Below are positions 10,540 to 19,303 of a DNA stretch of 64,000 nt, in pieces. The notes under the pieces were generated by a model. That model made no database searches. It saw nothing but the letters and a program-made list of their open reading frames with translations, and was not told the DNA's origin. Position 1 is the first letter of the stretch, and every line of letters starts with the position of its first letter. Source of the DNA: Geopsychrobacteraceae bacterium (GTDB lineage Bacteria > Desulfobacterota > Desulfuromonadia > Desulfuromonadales > Geopsychrobacteraceae); contig OY759353.1 in NCBI GenBank assembly GCA_963662315.1, positions 2,336,001 through 2,400,000 of the forward strand, in the 5' to 3' direction. The position numbers were made by a program, and so were the translations under genes.

Positions 10540-11098
10540 TAAAACCCCCTTAAAATAAATGATGAAAATTCATTCCATTAAAATAATTTCTTGAACGATA
10601 ATGAAACTAGGTCATTTAACAGCTTATTTTTTGCGCGTAGATAGTCCATGAGGACAGGAAAAAGGCTGTTATATTCTCAATATATGCAGCTAACAAGCTC
10701 CAACCGGCACTAAATTAAAAATAATCCCTCATTGAAACAACCAGCAACCTAATACTTGCTAAAGGCTCTGTCTATAATTATTTTCCATAAATAGTAAAAA
10801 ATATCAGTGCCGTAATAGGTCCCTAGCAGCATCATTTGTGGTCTGATCAATCATCGCCTGGCAAAAATCAGAGTTCTCCCAACTTGGCATGCCCGCTAAT
10901 TCAATGTTATCGCAGCTTTTTTCAGCGGAGTTAATAAAACATTTCTTAAATATGCCGATTTTTGTCCAGAGGATCACACAATGTCGGCTCGTAAATTCCT
11001 GTTTTGCATGAGGCATAAAAGTAAAATGCAAACAGGATGAAAAGACGCTATGATATCGCTATTTTCACACAAGAACAAATAAACACAGGAGGGAAATA

Positions 11099-11890
11099 AT
11101 GACGTGTCACGAGGTTGATTACACTATTATCGGCAACGACATGCAGATGGTTCAGGTTGAACTGGATCCACGGGAAACGGTTATAGCTGAAGCTGGAGCC
11201 ATGACTTACATGGAAGAAGACATCTCCTTTGAGGCGCGGATGGGGGATGGGTCGGAAGCCGACAGCGGCCTGTTCGGTAAATTACTGGGGGCCGGAAAGC
11301 GGGCCTTGACCGGTGAATCAATTTTTATGACCCATTTTACCAACCAGGGGACGGGTAAAGCCCATGTTGCCTTTGCCGCCCCCTACCCCGGTCAGATCAT
11401 TCCCATTGATATGGCGACCATCCCAAGTCGGGAAGTTCTGTGTCAGAAGGATGCCTTCTTGTGTGCCGCTTACGGCACCAAGGTCGGCATTGCCTTTCAG
11501 CGCCGCCTGGGCACCGGTTTCTTCGGTGGTGAAGGTTTTATCCTCCAGCGGCTTAATGGTGATGGCCTGGCCTTTATTCATGCTGGGGGGTCGATTATTG
11601 AGCGAGAACTCAAGGGGGAAACCTTGCGGGTTGATACCGGTTGTCTGGTCGCTTTTGAGTCAGGTATCGATTATAACATCGAGCGTGCCGGGAACCTGAA
11701 AAGCATGTTCTTTGGTGGTGAAGGATTATTCCTGGCAACCCTGCGTGGTCGGGGCAAGGTATGGTTGCAGACACTGCCGTTCAGCCGTCTCGCTGATAGG
11801 GTTATTCAACATGCTCCGCGGGTTGGTGGTAGTGATAAGGGGGAAGGTTCGCTGCTTGGCGGTATTGGGCGGATGTTCGACGGAAATTGA
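11099..11890 (+). CDS. TIGR00266/AIM24 family protein
   Basis: Motifs 'GNDMQMV..ELDP.E.V.AEAGAM', '[13 protein letters not shown]', '[20 protein letters not shown]'; GGAGG RBS. Confidence 0.92.
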   Translation: MTCHEVDYTIIGNDMQMVQVELDPRETVIAEAGAMTYMEEDISFEARMGDGSEADSGLFGKLLGAGKRALTGESIFMTHFTNQGTGKAHVAFAAPYPGQIIPIDMATIPSREVLCQKDAFLCAAYGTKVGIAFQRRLGTGFFGGEGFILQRLNGDGLAFIHAGGSIIERELKGETLRVDTGCLVAFESGIDYNIERAGNLKSMFFGGEGLFLATLRGRGKVWLQTLPFSRLADRVIQHAPRVGGSDKGEGSLLGGIGRMFDGN

Positions 11891-11910
11891 TGCCTGTTTC
11901 ATTGCTCTTA

Positions 11911-13231
11911 CATGCCGAAGGCATTGCGGTTCTGGCCATCAGGCGCGAATTGAGCCGTCGGCCGGTTGCTGAATTTCTGCCCATTCCCTTGAAGAAACGA
12001 CGCCCGAACATGGATATTTTTTAAAGAGCAGTTTTGGGTTACCTTTTATTGCTCTGGATAAAAGGTAACTCGCCTGCAGGGGCGAAACCCTGCGAAGTTG
12101 TTTTTGACTGTTTGGAATAAAAACCAGGATCAAGACCTCGGGGTCGCGCCCCCGATCGGCGCCTTACTTTTCTCCTGGGCTAGAAAAGTAAGCAAAAGAT
12201 CCCGGAAAGATCAAAATAACTGACGACAGCTGACGCCAACTACGGCTTTCGGAAGCCCAGTAAATTTAAGCGGCAGCCCAAGATGCTTTGCATCTTATGG
12301 GCAAAAGCGTTATTCGTGGATCCAACTGGTTTTATATAAATCTAGTCATGCCGAAGGCATTGCGGTTCTGGCCATTAGGCGTGGTTTTGGCCGTCGGCCG
12401 GTTGCTGAGTTTCTGCCCGTTCCCTTGAAGAAACGACGCCCGAACATGGATATTTTTTAAAGAGCAGTTTTGGGTTACCTTTTATTGCTCTGGATAAAAG
12501 GTAACTCGCCTGCAGGGGCGAAACCCTGCGAAGTTGTTTTTGACTGTTTGGAATAAAAACCAGGATCAAGACCTCGGGGTCGCGCCCCCGATCGGCGCCT
12601 TACTTTTCTCCTGGGCTAGAAAAGTAAGCAAAAGATCCCAGAAAGATCAAAATAACTGACGACAGCTGACGCCAACTACGGCTTTCGGAAGCCCAGTAAA
12701 TTTAAGCGGCAGCCCAAGATGCTTTGCATCTTATGGGCAAAAGCGTTATTCGTGGATCCAACTGGTTTTATATAAATCTAGTCATGCCGAAGGCATTGCG
12801 GTTCTGGCCATCAGGCGCGAATTGAGCCGTCGGCCGGTTGCTGAAGTTCTGCCCGTTCCCTTGAAGAAACGACGCCCGAACATGGATATTTTTTAAAGAG
12901 CAGTTTTGGGTTACCTTTTATTGCTCTGGATAAAAGGTAACTCGCCTGCAGGGGCGAAACCCTGCGAATTTGCTTTTGACTGTTTCTACTAAAAACCAAA
13001 AACAACACCGGCGGGTCCCGGCCCGCCAGCCGGGTTCATTTTTCCCAACGATGGAAAAACGAACCAAAAAGATCTTGGAAAGTCAAAATAGCTGACGAAA
13101 ATTGTGAAAAACTATCGATTATTGTAGCCAGATAGAATTAACCGCCAGCCCACGATACTTCGTATCTAATGGGCAACGAGCAACAGGAGAATTCTTGGCA
13201 TTAGATGTTCTTCTGTTGCTTGCTACTTACT
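11911..13231 (+). repeat. Tandem array of three 436-bp structured non-coding repeats (units start at 11911, 12347, 12783)
   Basis: CATGCCGAAGGCATTGCGGTTCTGGCCAT recurs at an exact 436-nt period. Units 1 and 2 are near-identical; the right half of unit 3 has diverged but keeps its hairpins. Confidence 0.97.
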
Positions 13232-13261
13232 GCTTAATTTATTCACTATTTAAATTTAGAC

Positions 13262-13780
13262 ATGAACACAGATAACAACTTTATATATCAACCCATCGGC
13301 ATCCTCCACTCTCCCTATACCAACCGCATCGACGCACCACATCAGGCAACGGTGGTAGAAGGGACGGAAACTGGCGAATATGCCATCGCCACATTGCATC
13401 TGGAAGACTGGGTCGACGAACAAGTTCTCCAGGATCTGGACGGCTTTGAGCGGGTGTGGCTGATCTTTGCATTTGACCGCAGCCAAGGGTGGAAAAGCAA
13501 GGTCAAGCCACCACGCGGTGGCCCGAAACGTGGGGTCTTTGCCACCCGCTCCCCACATCGTCCCAATTCAATTGGCTTGTCGGCAGTAGAATTGATCAAA
13601 GTAAAAGGGCGAATTCTTTATCTGAAAGGAGTCGATCTGCTGGATCAGACACCGGTGCTTGATATCAAACCCTATGTTCCTTACGCAGACTCCTTCCCTG
13701 ATGCCAAAGCAGGCTGGATCGATGAGCTAGACGACAAACTGGGGAAACATTCTGCCCCCGGTCCAAGACGACCGCGCTGA
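13262..13780 (+). CDS. trmO: tRNA (N6-threonylcarbamoyladenosine(37)-N6)-methyltransferase TrmO
   Basis: Motifs 'GVFATRSPHRPNSIGLS' and 'GVDLLDQTPVLDIKPYVP.DS'. Confidence 0.92.
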   Translation: MNTDNNFIYQPIGILHSPYTNRIDAPHQATVVEGTETGEYAIATLHLEDWVDEQVLQDLDGFERVWLIFAFDRSQGWKSKVKPPRGGPKRGVFATRSPHRPNSIGLSAVELIKVKGRILYLKGVDLLDQTPVLDIKPYVPYADSFPDAKAGWIDELDDKLGKHSAPGPRRPR

Positions 13781-13875
13781 CATTGGCGGATAATTCTTCT
13801 ACAGCAAAAGATCATTCGTCTGCTATTCTACAAGATCAACTGAAAACCAGATAACCCACAAGGGGAAAGAGCGAC

Positions 13876-15498
13876 TTGTTCACCTACGATTCTCACAAAA
13901 AGGAAAAGCCTCTCCAACGCAGCTGGTCACTGACCGATATTGTTGATCTTGAATATTTCATGATCTGTGATGAGCAGCTCCGCGACAGTGAAGGAGAAAT
14001 GGCACTACGTCAGCAGGACCGTACCTTCTATTTTTCCCGCCGACAGGAGTTCGATACCATCGGGGACGCCCCCGGACTGGTGCGCCGCTGGCTTGCCGCG
14101 CGCCGTATGCACTGGTTAAGCTCCCCCAAAGCAGCCCCTCTGCCGGGTAAAATCTGGCAGGAGACTCTTACCATTATCACGTGGGTGACCTTATTTGTCG
14201 GGCTTATCATCGGCAGCGTCACAGCCGCCAGCCTACTCAGCTACAGCGGCACGACAGCGGTCAATGTATCTGGTTATTTTGCCGTACTGATTGGCCTGCA
14301 GCTGCTGCTCTTAACCTTACTGGTGCTTTTCACCTTAGGCCGCAGTATCGGCTCCCGTTGGCTAAGAGCTTCGTTAATCTGCAACCTGCTTGCAGCAGGT
14401 GTAAAAAAAATGTTCATCAGCCTGCTGATGCGCGGCCAGAAACTGACCGATGCTGAAGCGCGGCTTAATTTCCGTAGTGCCCTGGGCAGAGTGAAACTTA
14501 ATCATCAGGAATACGGCAGCCTGTATTTCTGGCCAGCGTTCATATTACTGCAGCTGTTCGGAACCATGTTTAACCTCGGCGCTCTTGCCACCAGTTTTGT
14601 CAAGATCAGCCTTACCGACATTGCCTTTGGCTGGCAATCAACCCTGGCGATAGATCCTTCCCAGCTGGCAGAAGTTATCCAGTATCTGGCCCTCCCCTGG
14701 AGTTGGATTGTGCCTCCAGACTTGGCCTATCCAGGTCTGGCACAGATAGAAGGCAGCCGCATCATTCTTAAAGAGGGGCTGTATCTCCTGGCCACTCAAG
14801 ACCTGGTATCCTGGTGGCCATTTTTGCTGCTGGGAGTTATAACCTATGGTTTTCTGCCCCGCCTCATCCTGTTGATTTTTGGCATAGTCCGGATTAAAGC
14901 CAACCTCAAACAGTTGCGTTTTGACAGCGCGCGTTTCCGCCAGTTGCAGCACCGCATGCTCAGCCCCATTTTAGAAACCCAGCATGCCGGTACGGGGCAG
15001 GTTTCAGCAGCATATCCACAGCACCAGACGACCGATCAGACCGACACCATTGCAGGGGGAAGTGCTATTCCCAATGGCGCAAAGTTATTGCTGATTCCGG
15101 ATGAACTTTATGATGAGGTAAATACAGCGCAGCTACAGCAGCAGCTCACCCTCCATGAGGGGGCAGGCCCCTATTACCCGCTACGCAGTGGTGCGTTGGG
15201 GCAAAGTGAAGAGGATCTTTACATCCAGATTGCTCAAACGCTGCATGAGACTCCCTGCACAGGAATTATTCTGCTTCAGGAAGCTTGGCAGCCACCACTG
15301 CGCGAACTACTGACGCTGCTCAGGCGTATTCGCCATGAACTGCCACGCCACTATCCCCTGTCGATTGCCCTGATTGGCAAACCTCACAAAGAACTGCTGC
15401 TGACCCCAACTAAAGGAGCGGACCTGAATCTGTGGCGTAAGACCATGCAGACCCTGGCAGACCCGTATCTGGCCCTTTATCCATTGGTTGACAAATGA
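13876..15498 (+). CDS. DUF2868-like membrane protein
   Basis: 540 aa with several TM helices; motifs 'DIAFGWQSTL', 'WWPFL...YG.LPRL', 'EAWQPP'; overlaps the downstream GTPase gene by 4 nt. Confidence 0.75.
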   Translation: MFTYDSHKKEKPLQRSWSLTDIVDLEYFMICDEQLRDSEGEMALRQQDRTFYFSRRQEFDTIGDAPGLVRRWLAARRMHWLSSPKAAPLPGKIWQETLTIITWVTLFVGLIIGSVTAASLLSYSGTTAVNVSGYFAVLIGLQLLLLTLLVLFTLGRSIGSRWLRASLICNLLAAGVKKMFISLLMRGQKLTDAEARLNFRSALGRVKLNHQEYGSLYFWPAFILLQLFGTMFNLGALATSFVKISLTDIAFGWQSTLAIDPSQLAEVIQYLALPWSWIVPPDLAYPGLAQIEGSRIILKEGLYLLATQDLVSWWPFLLLGVITYGFLPRLILLIFGIVRIKANLKQLRFDSARFRQLQHRMLSPILETQHAGTGQVSAAYPQHQTTDQTDTIAGGSAIPNGAKLLLIPDELYDEVNTAQLQQQLTLHEGAGPYYPLRSGALGQSEEDLYIQIAQTLHETPCTGIILLQEAWQPPLRELLTLLRRIRHELPRHYPLSIALIGKPHKELLLTPTKGADLNLWRKTMQTLADPYLALYPLVDK

Positions 15499-16904
15499 TG
15501 CGCATTCCCAGCTTTGCCATTATCGGCCACCCGAACGAAGGCAAATCCTCGGTCCTGTCAACATTGGCAGAGGATGACAGTGTGCGGATCAGCCCGGTTC
15601 CGGGTGAGACAACCCATTGTCAGCTGTTCCCGGTGGTCATTGATGGCCAGGAGGTGATGCACTTTATCGACACCCCCGGGTTTCAGAATCCACGCCAGAC
15701 CCTGGCCTGGATGCAAAACTATCAGGGTCCTGACGGCAAACAGCTCAGCACCTTTCTGGCTGAGCACCACAACCAGCCGGATTTCCACGATGATTGTGAA
15801 TTACTGAGACCGGTTGCCGATGGTGCCGGAATCATTTTTGTTGTTGATGGTTCCAGACCGGTGCGCAATGTTGACCGTGCGGAGATGGAAATTCTGCGCC
15901 TGACAGGCGCACCACGCATGGCGGTTATCAATAACAAGGAAGATGACACGGACTTCGTCAGCGACTGGCACAGCGCCTTTCGCAAACATTTTAATGCGAT
16001 TCGTATCTTTAATTCCTGCCGGGCCAATTACATCGAGCGCATTGAATTACTGGAGAGCCTGAAAAGTATCGACCAACAGCTGGAACCGCTACTGCGCCAG
16101 GTCATAGCCGTTTTCCAAAAGGACTGGCAACTGCGTACTGAGCGCAGTGCCCAGTTGATTGTCGACCTGGTCTGTGATGCTCTTAAGCATAAAGAAGCGC
16201 TGACCGTTCAGGAACCGTATAATGAAGAGGGCCTCCATGCGCGCCTGCTGCAGCGTTATCAGCAGGCGCTCAGTGCTAAAGAACAGCAGGCTTACGCCGC
16301 TATCCGTAAATTGTTTAAACACAACATCTTTAATGTGCAATTGCCGGAGCACTCCATTCTTAAAGAGGATCTGTTCAGCAATCGCACCTGGGAATTTCTT
16401 GGTCTTTCCAAGGGGCAGCTGATCACCGCCGGAACTCTAAGTGGTGCTGTTGTTGGTGGCGGAATTGATGCCATGGTCGGCGGTGCATCCTTCGGAGTCG
16501 GTGCAGCTATTGGTGGCATGGTGGGTGCTGCCGGAACCATTCTTAAAGGAAAACGACTGCTCGACAAGGTTAAGCTTTTCGGCCAAAAAATCGGGGGCGA
16601 GCAACTGCAGATTGGTCCGGCCAACAATATCCAGCTCATGTATATCCTCATCGATCGCAGCCTGTTGTTTTACAGCCATATTATCAACTGGGCCCATGGT
16701 CGCCGTGATTATGCTCAACACCACAGCCTGACCACAGCGGCCACGAGCGAAGGATTTACGGCTCTTTGGAGCAATGATGCGCGCCGCTGTGCAGAAGACC
16801 TGTTCAGAGCGCTGCAGAAAGAGGATGAAATCAAGCGGGCCACAGCTCAAAACAGATTTCGGGACATGCTGATTTCGCAATTGACGCAGTTGGCTCAGCG
16901 TTAA
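15495..16904 (+). CDS. Era/MMR1-like GTPase with DUF3482-like C-terminus
   Basis: G1 'GHPNEGKSS', G2 'PGETT', G3 'DTPG', G4-like 'INNK'; Gly/Ala-rich hydrophobic hairpin near the C-terminus. Confidence 0.85.
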   Translation: MMRIPSFAIIGHPNEGKSSVLSTLAEDDSVRISPVPGETTHCQLFPVVIDGQEVMHFIDTPGFQNPRQTLAWMQNYQGPDGKQLSTFLAEHHNQPDFHDDCELLRPVADGAGIIFVVDGSRPVRNVDRAEMEILRLTGAPRMAVINNKEDDTDFVSDWHSAFRKHFNAIRIFNSCRANYIERIELLESLKSIDQQLEPLLRQVIAVFQKDWQLRTERSAQLIVDLVCDALKHKEALTVQEPYNEEGLHARLLQRYQQALSAKEQQAYAAIRKLFKHNIFNVQLPEHSILKEDLFSNRTWEFLGLSKGQLITAGTLSGAVVGGGIDAMVGGASFGVGAAIGGMVGAAGTILKGKRLLDKVKLFGQKIGGEQLQIGPANNIQLMYILIDRSLLFYSHIINWAHGRRDYAQHHSLTTAATSEGFTALWSNDARRCAEDLFRALQKEDEIKRATAQNRFRDMLISQLTQLAQR

Positions 16905-16995
16905 CCGACCCGGTTTTTACGTTTTTGTCATGATGCAACAACGCCCCGCCTGAATGAATCAGACAGGGCGCTTTCAACCGCAGCAGTGCTGTTGG

Positions 16996-18009
16996 TCAGT
17001 CCTGTTTCCAGGAAATACTGTATTTAAAGGTTGTCGGATCCAGCCAGTCAAGGGTTTGCCCCCCAACCTGAGCAAATGGATACATCAGGTAGTTGACAGC
17101 CTCCCCCTGCTGAACAGGATTGAGCTTCAGATCGCGCCCTTCACTCAAGCGAATGCGGTACTGGTCAACCGCGCCCCAGTAATAGTCACGCAGCTCTTTA
17201 ACTTTTTGATCATCCAGCTTCAATTTCTGCACCAGCATTGCTTTGCGAACGTCGGCAGGATCAACCGGCACCCAACCGTAGCCGGGCAGATAGAACTCGG
17301 CCCAGCAATGCTGCCAGGTTGAGACATCCTGATCCTTCCCTTTACCGGTCCGGATCCCCAGCACCTCACGAGTAGGAACTCCGGCCGCGCGTGCCAAGGC
17401 AATGTAGATGGAACTGATATCGGCACACTTGCCACCAGGGCGACGCAGCAGCGCGGTGACGTCCCCAAGCCCACAGCCGCGGGTTTCGGGATCACGAAAA
17501 GTATTTTCCACCGTCCAGTCGTAAATCGCCCTGGCCTTGGCCAGCACACCCACTTTCCCAGCAGTAATCTGATCTGCCAGAACTTTCACCCCGCCATCAA
17601 TCGGGCCATAGGTTGTTGCCGCCAGGTAAACGGCCAGTTCCTTAGCGTTTAAAGTTCCTTCCTGAGCAGGAAAATCGCGCCGGACCTGCTCTTTGCGATC
17701 CGCATGAAAATAAAAGGTCAGCTTACGCTCTTTCACTCCTGCCGGCCAGGCTACGTAAAGCATTGGCGTACTGAAGATTTGATCAGTATATACGCCAGCT
17801 TCGCGGTAGTTCCCCTGATAACCGATATGGGTAATGGTTTGAACTGCATCAGTCTCTGGATATGGAATCCACAGCCGGGTCTCGTGATTATCTGGCTGAT
17901 CTGACAGGTCAAATGTCCACGTATAGGTCCCGGACTGAATGCCGGCAAATGCCGGCATCGCCATTAATATACAAAATATGCAGCTTAAAATTAGAATATA
18001 ACGTTTCAT
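16996..18009 (-). CDS. Exported transglutaminase-like domain protein
   Basis: Signal peptide; catalytic triad motifs 'GGKCADISS', 'HCWAEFY', 'GWVPVDP'. Confidence 0.9.
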   Translation of the reverse strand: MKRYILILSCIFCILMAMPAFAGIQSGTYTWTFDLSDQPDNHETRLWIPYPETDAVQTITHIGYQGNYREAGVYTDQIFSTPMLYVAWPAGVKERKLTFYFHADRKEQVRRDFPAQEGTLNAKELAVYLAATTYGPIDGGVKVLADQITAGKVGVLAKARAIYDWTVENTFRDPETRGCGLGDVTALLRRPGGKCADISSIYIALARAAGVPTREVLGIRTGKGKDQDVSTWQHCWAEFYLPGYGWVPVDPADVRKAMLVQKLKLDDQKVKELRDYYWGAVDQYRIRLSEGRDLKLNPVQQGEAVNYLMYPFAQVGGQTLDWLDPTTFKYSISWKQD

Positions 18010-18240
18010 GAGCTATTTCCTTGATTAAATACTTATTATTGACGAGACCGCTAAAGTAGTTGAACAACCTTTCTCTAGTCAACAACTAAGTATTATTTTT
18101 TCAGATAGCCATGATCATTATTTACCATACGCCAAGAAGATAGGTTGTCTGCCGAGTTCGTGAAATATACGGGGAGAGTCTGATAATAAGCCAACCGGCG
18201 CTTAAAACCGGCTGGCTCCAGGTTGTCGCTCGTTTTACTG

Positions 18241-18891
18241 CTACTTGATGCGCGTTTTCAATTCATCCACATACTTCGTCACGGACTGTTTAATAATTTC
18301 CATCCAGTTTCCTTCAGAAGCGATCTGATAATTTCCTTCGGCATGGACTTCGACACGTTCCGATTGTGTGCTCATTGATCTGAATTCGAGCTCAGTGGCT
18401 ATATCGGAGGAAAGTGTCAGAGCCCAGAACCCAGGAGTCATATAAGCCCAGAATTTCGTTATTTCAGCCGTTACCATGACTGTCGTTTTCTCACTTGCAA
18501 CACAACTATCCAGAACCAGATACCCTTTTTCAGCAAATGCCTTGCTGATGGCGTCGGTCATCACCGTTTCAACCGTTTGTCCTTCCTGCAAAAGAATATC
18601 ACCGAGCGCCTTACCATACGTGTTCCGCTTTCTGGCAATAGCCCTTTTCTTGAGATCATCGCTGACCTGATCGGAGCCTCCAAAACCTAACGATGGAATA
18701 TCCTGAGTTTTAGGGTTACTCTCGAAGACACGCATATCTGTGACCGAATGAATGCAAACAGTCTGCCCCGTTTGCGGAACACCTGGCGTGACCTCGGGAA
18801 CTGACAGGGAAACAATACCGCGATTTGTCGCACAACCAGAAAGAGATATAAGAGCTACAACCATCAATAAACCTAACATTTTAGCTTTCAT
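18241..18891 (-). CDS. YajG-like lipoprotein
   Basis: Lipobox LSGC; 'V.D.R' and 'RKRNTYGKALGDI' motifs; GGAGG RBS. Confidence 0.75.
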   Translation of the reverse strand: MKAKMLGLLMVVALISLSGCATNRGIVSLSVPEVTPGVPQTGQTVCIHSVTDMRVFESNPKTQDIPSLGFGGSDQVSDDLKKRAIARKRNTYGKALGDILLQEGQTVETVMTDAISKAFAEKGYLVLDSCVASEKTTVMVTAEITKFWAYMTPGFWALTLSSDIATELEFRSMSTQSERVEVHAEGNYQIASEGNWMEIIKQSVTKYVDELKTRIK

Positions 18892-19135
18892 ATTTCCTCC
18901 TCTGTCGTTTTATAAAGCGCAGGATCAGCGTTTTTAGGAAACACACCAACGTAATTTCAGGACGATCTGATTTAAAATTATCATGCCCCAAAAAACATTC
19001 AATATCAGTCACATAATTATTTAATTTTAAGGACATAGAGCAATTCCAAAGGCTACATTCTGCGATTTTCTCGCACATCTGGAACCAACCATCCGTTCAA
19101 CGCGATTACAAATATTATCGTCTCTTTCTTGGCCA

Positions 19136-19168
19136 ATAGTTGACTATTTTGGTGATGAATTGCATAAT
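19136..19168 (+). promoter_or_regulatory. sigma70 promoter of the suf operon overlapped by an IscR type-1-like (Rrf2) operator
   Basis: TTGACT(19140)-N17-CATAAT(19163). ATAGTTGACTATTTTGGTGATGAAT matches the left half of the IscR type-1 consensus ATASYYGACTRWWWYAGTCRRSTAT. Confidence 0.6.
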
Positions 19169-19303
19169 CAAAGACACATTGATCACTCTGATAAGATTCA
19201 ATCTTTTACTTCGAACGCTGAGAACAATTGTGCAGCAACACATATAAACACCAGGTACAGCATGATGGCTTGCCTGTCGCAAGCTGTGCCAGTTGAGGAA
19301 ATT

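Noticed and set aside
11939..13008. Three near-identical 64-65 aa minus-strand ORFs inside the repeat units (also 30214-30471 and 30265-30459)
   Set aside because: By-products of the repeat. They lack a convincing RBS, the equivalent frame ends differently in copy 4, and variation preserves hairpins rather than codons.
11911..13231. CRISPR array interpretation of the tandem repeats
   Set aside because: Units are 436 bp with no unique spacers, and no cas genes are present in the window.
19160..19303. N-terminal extensions given by the ORF track for sufB (and similarly prpF, flavocytochrome c, tctA, tcuB, acnB)
   Set aside because: Downstream ATGs have clear RBSs, and the extensions overlap promoter, repeat or neighbouring-gene sequence.
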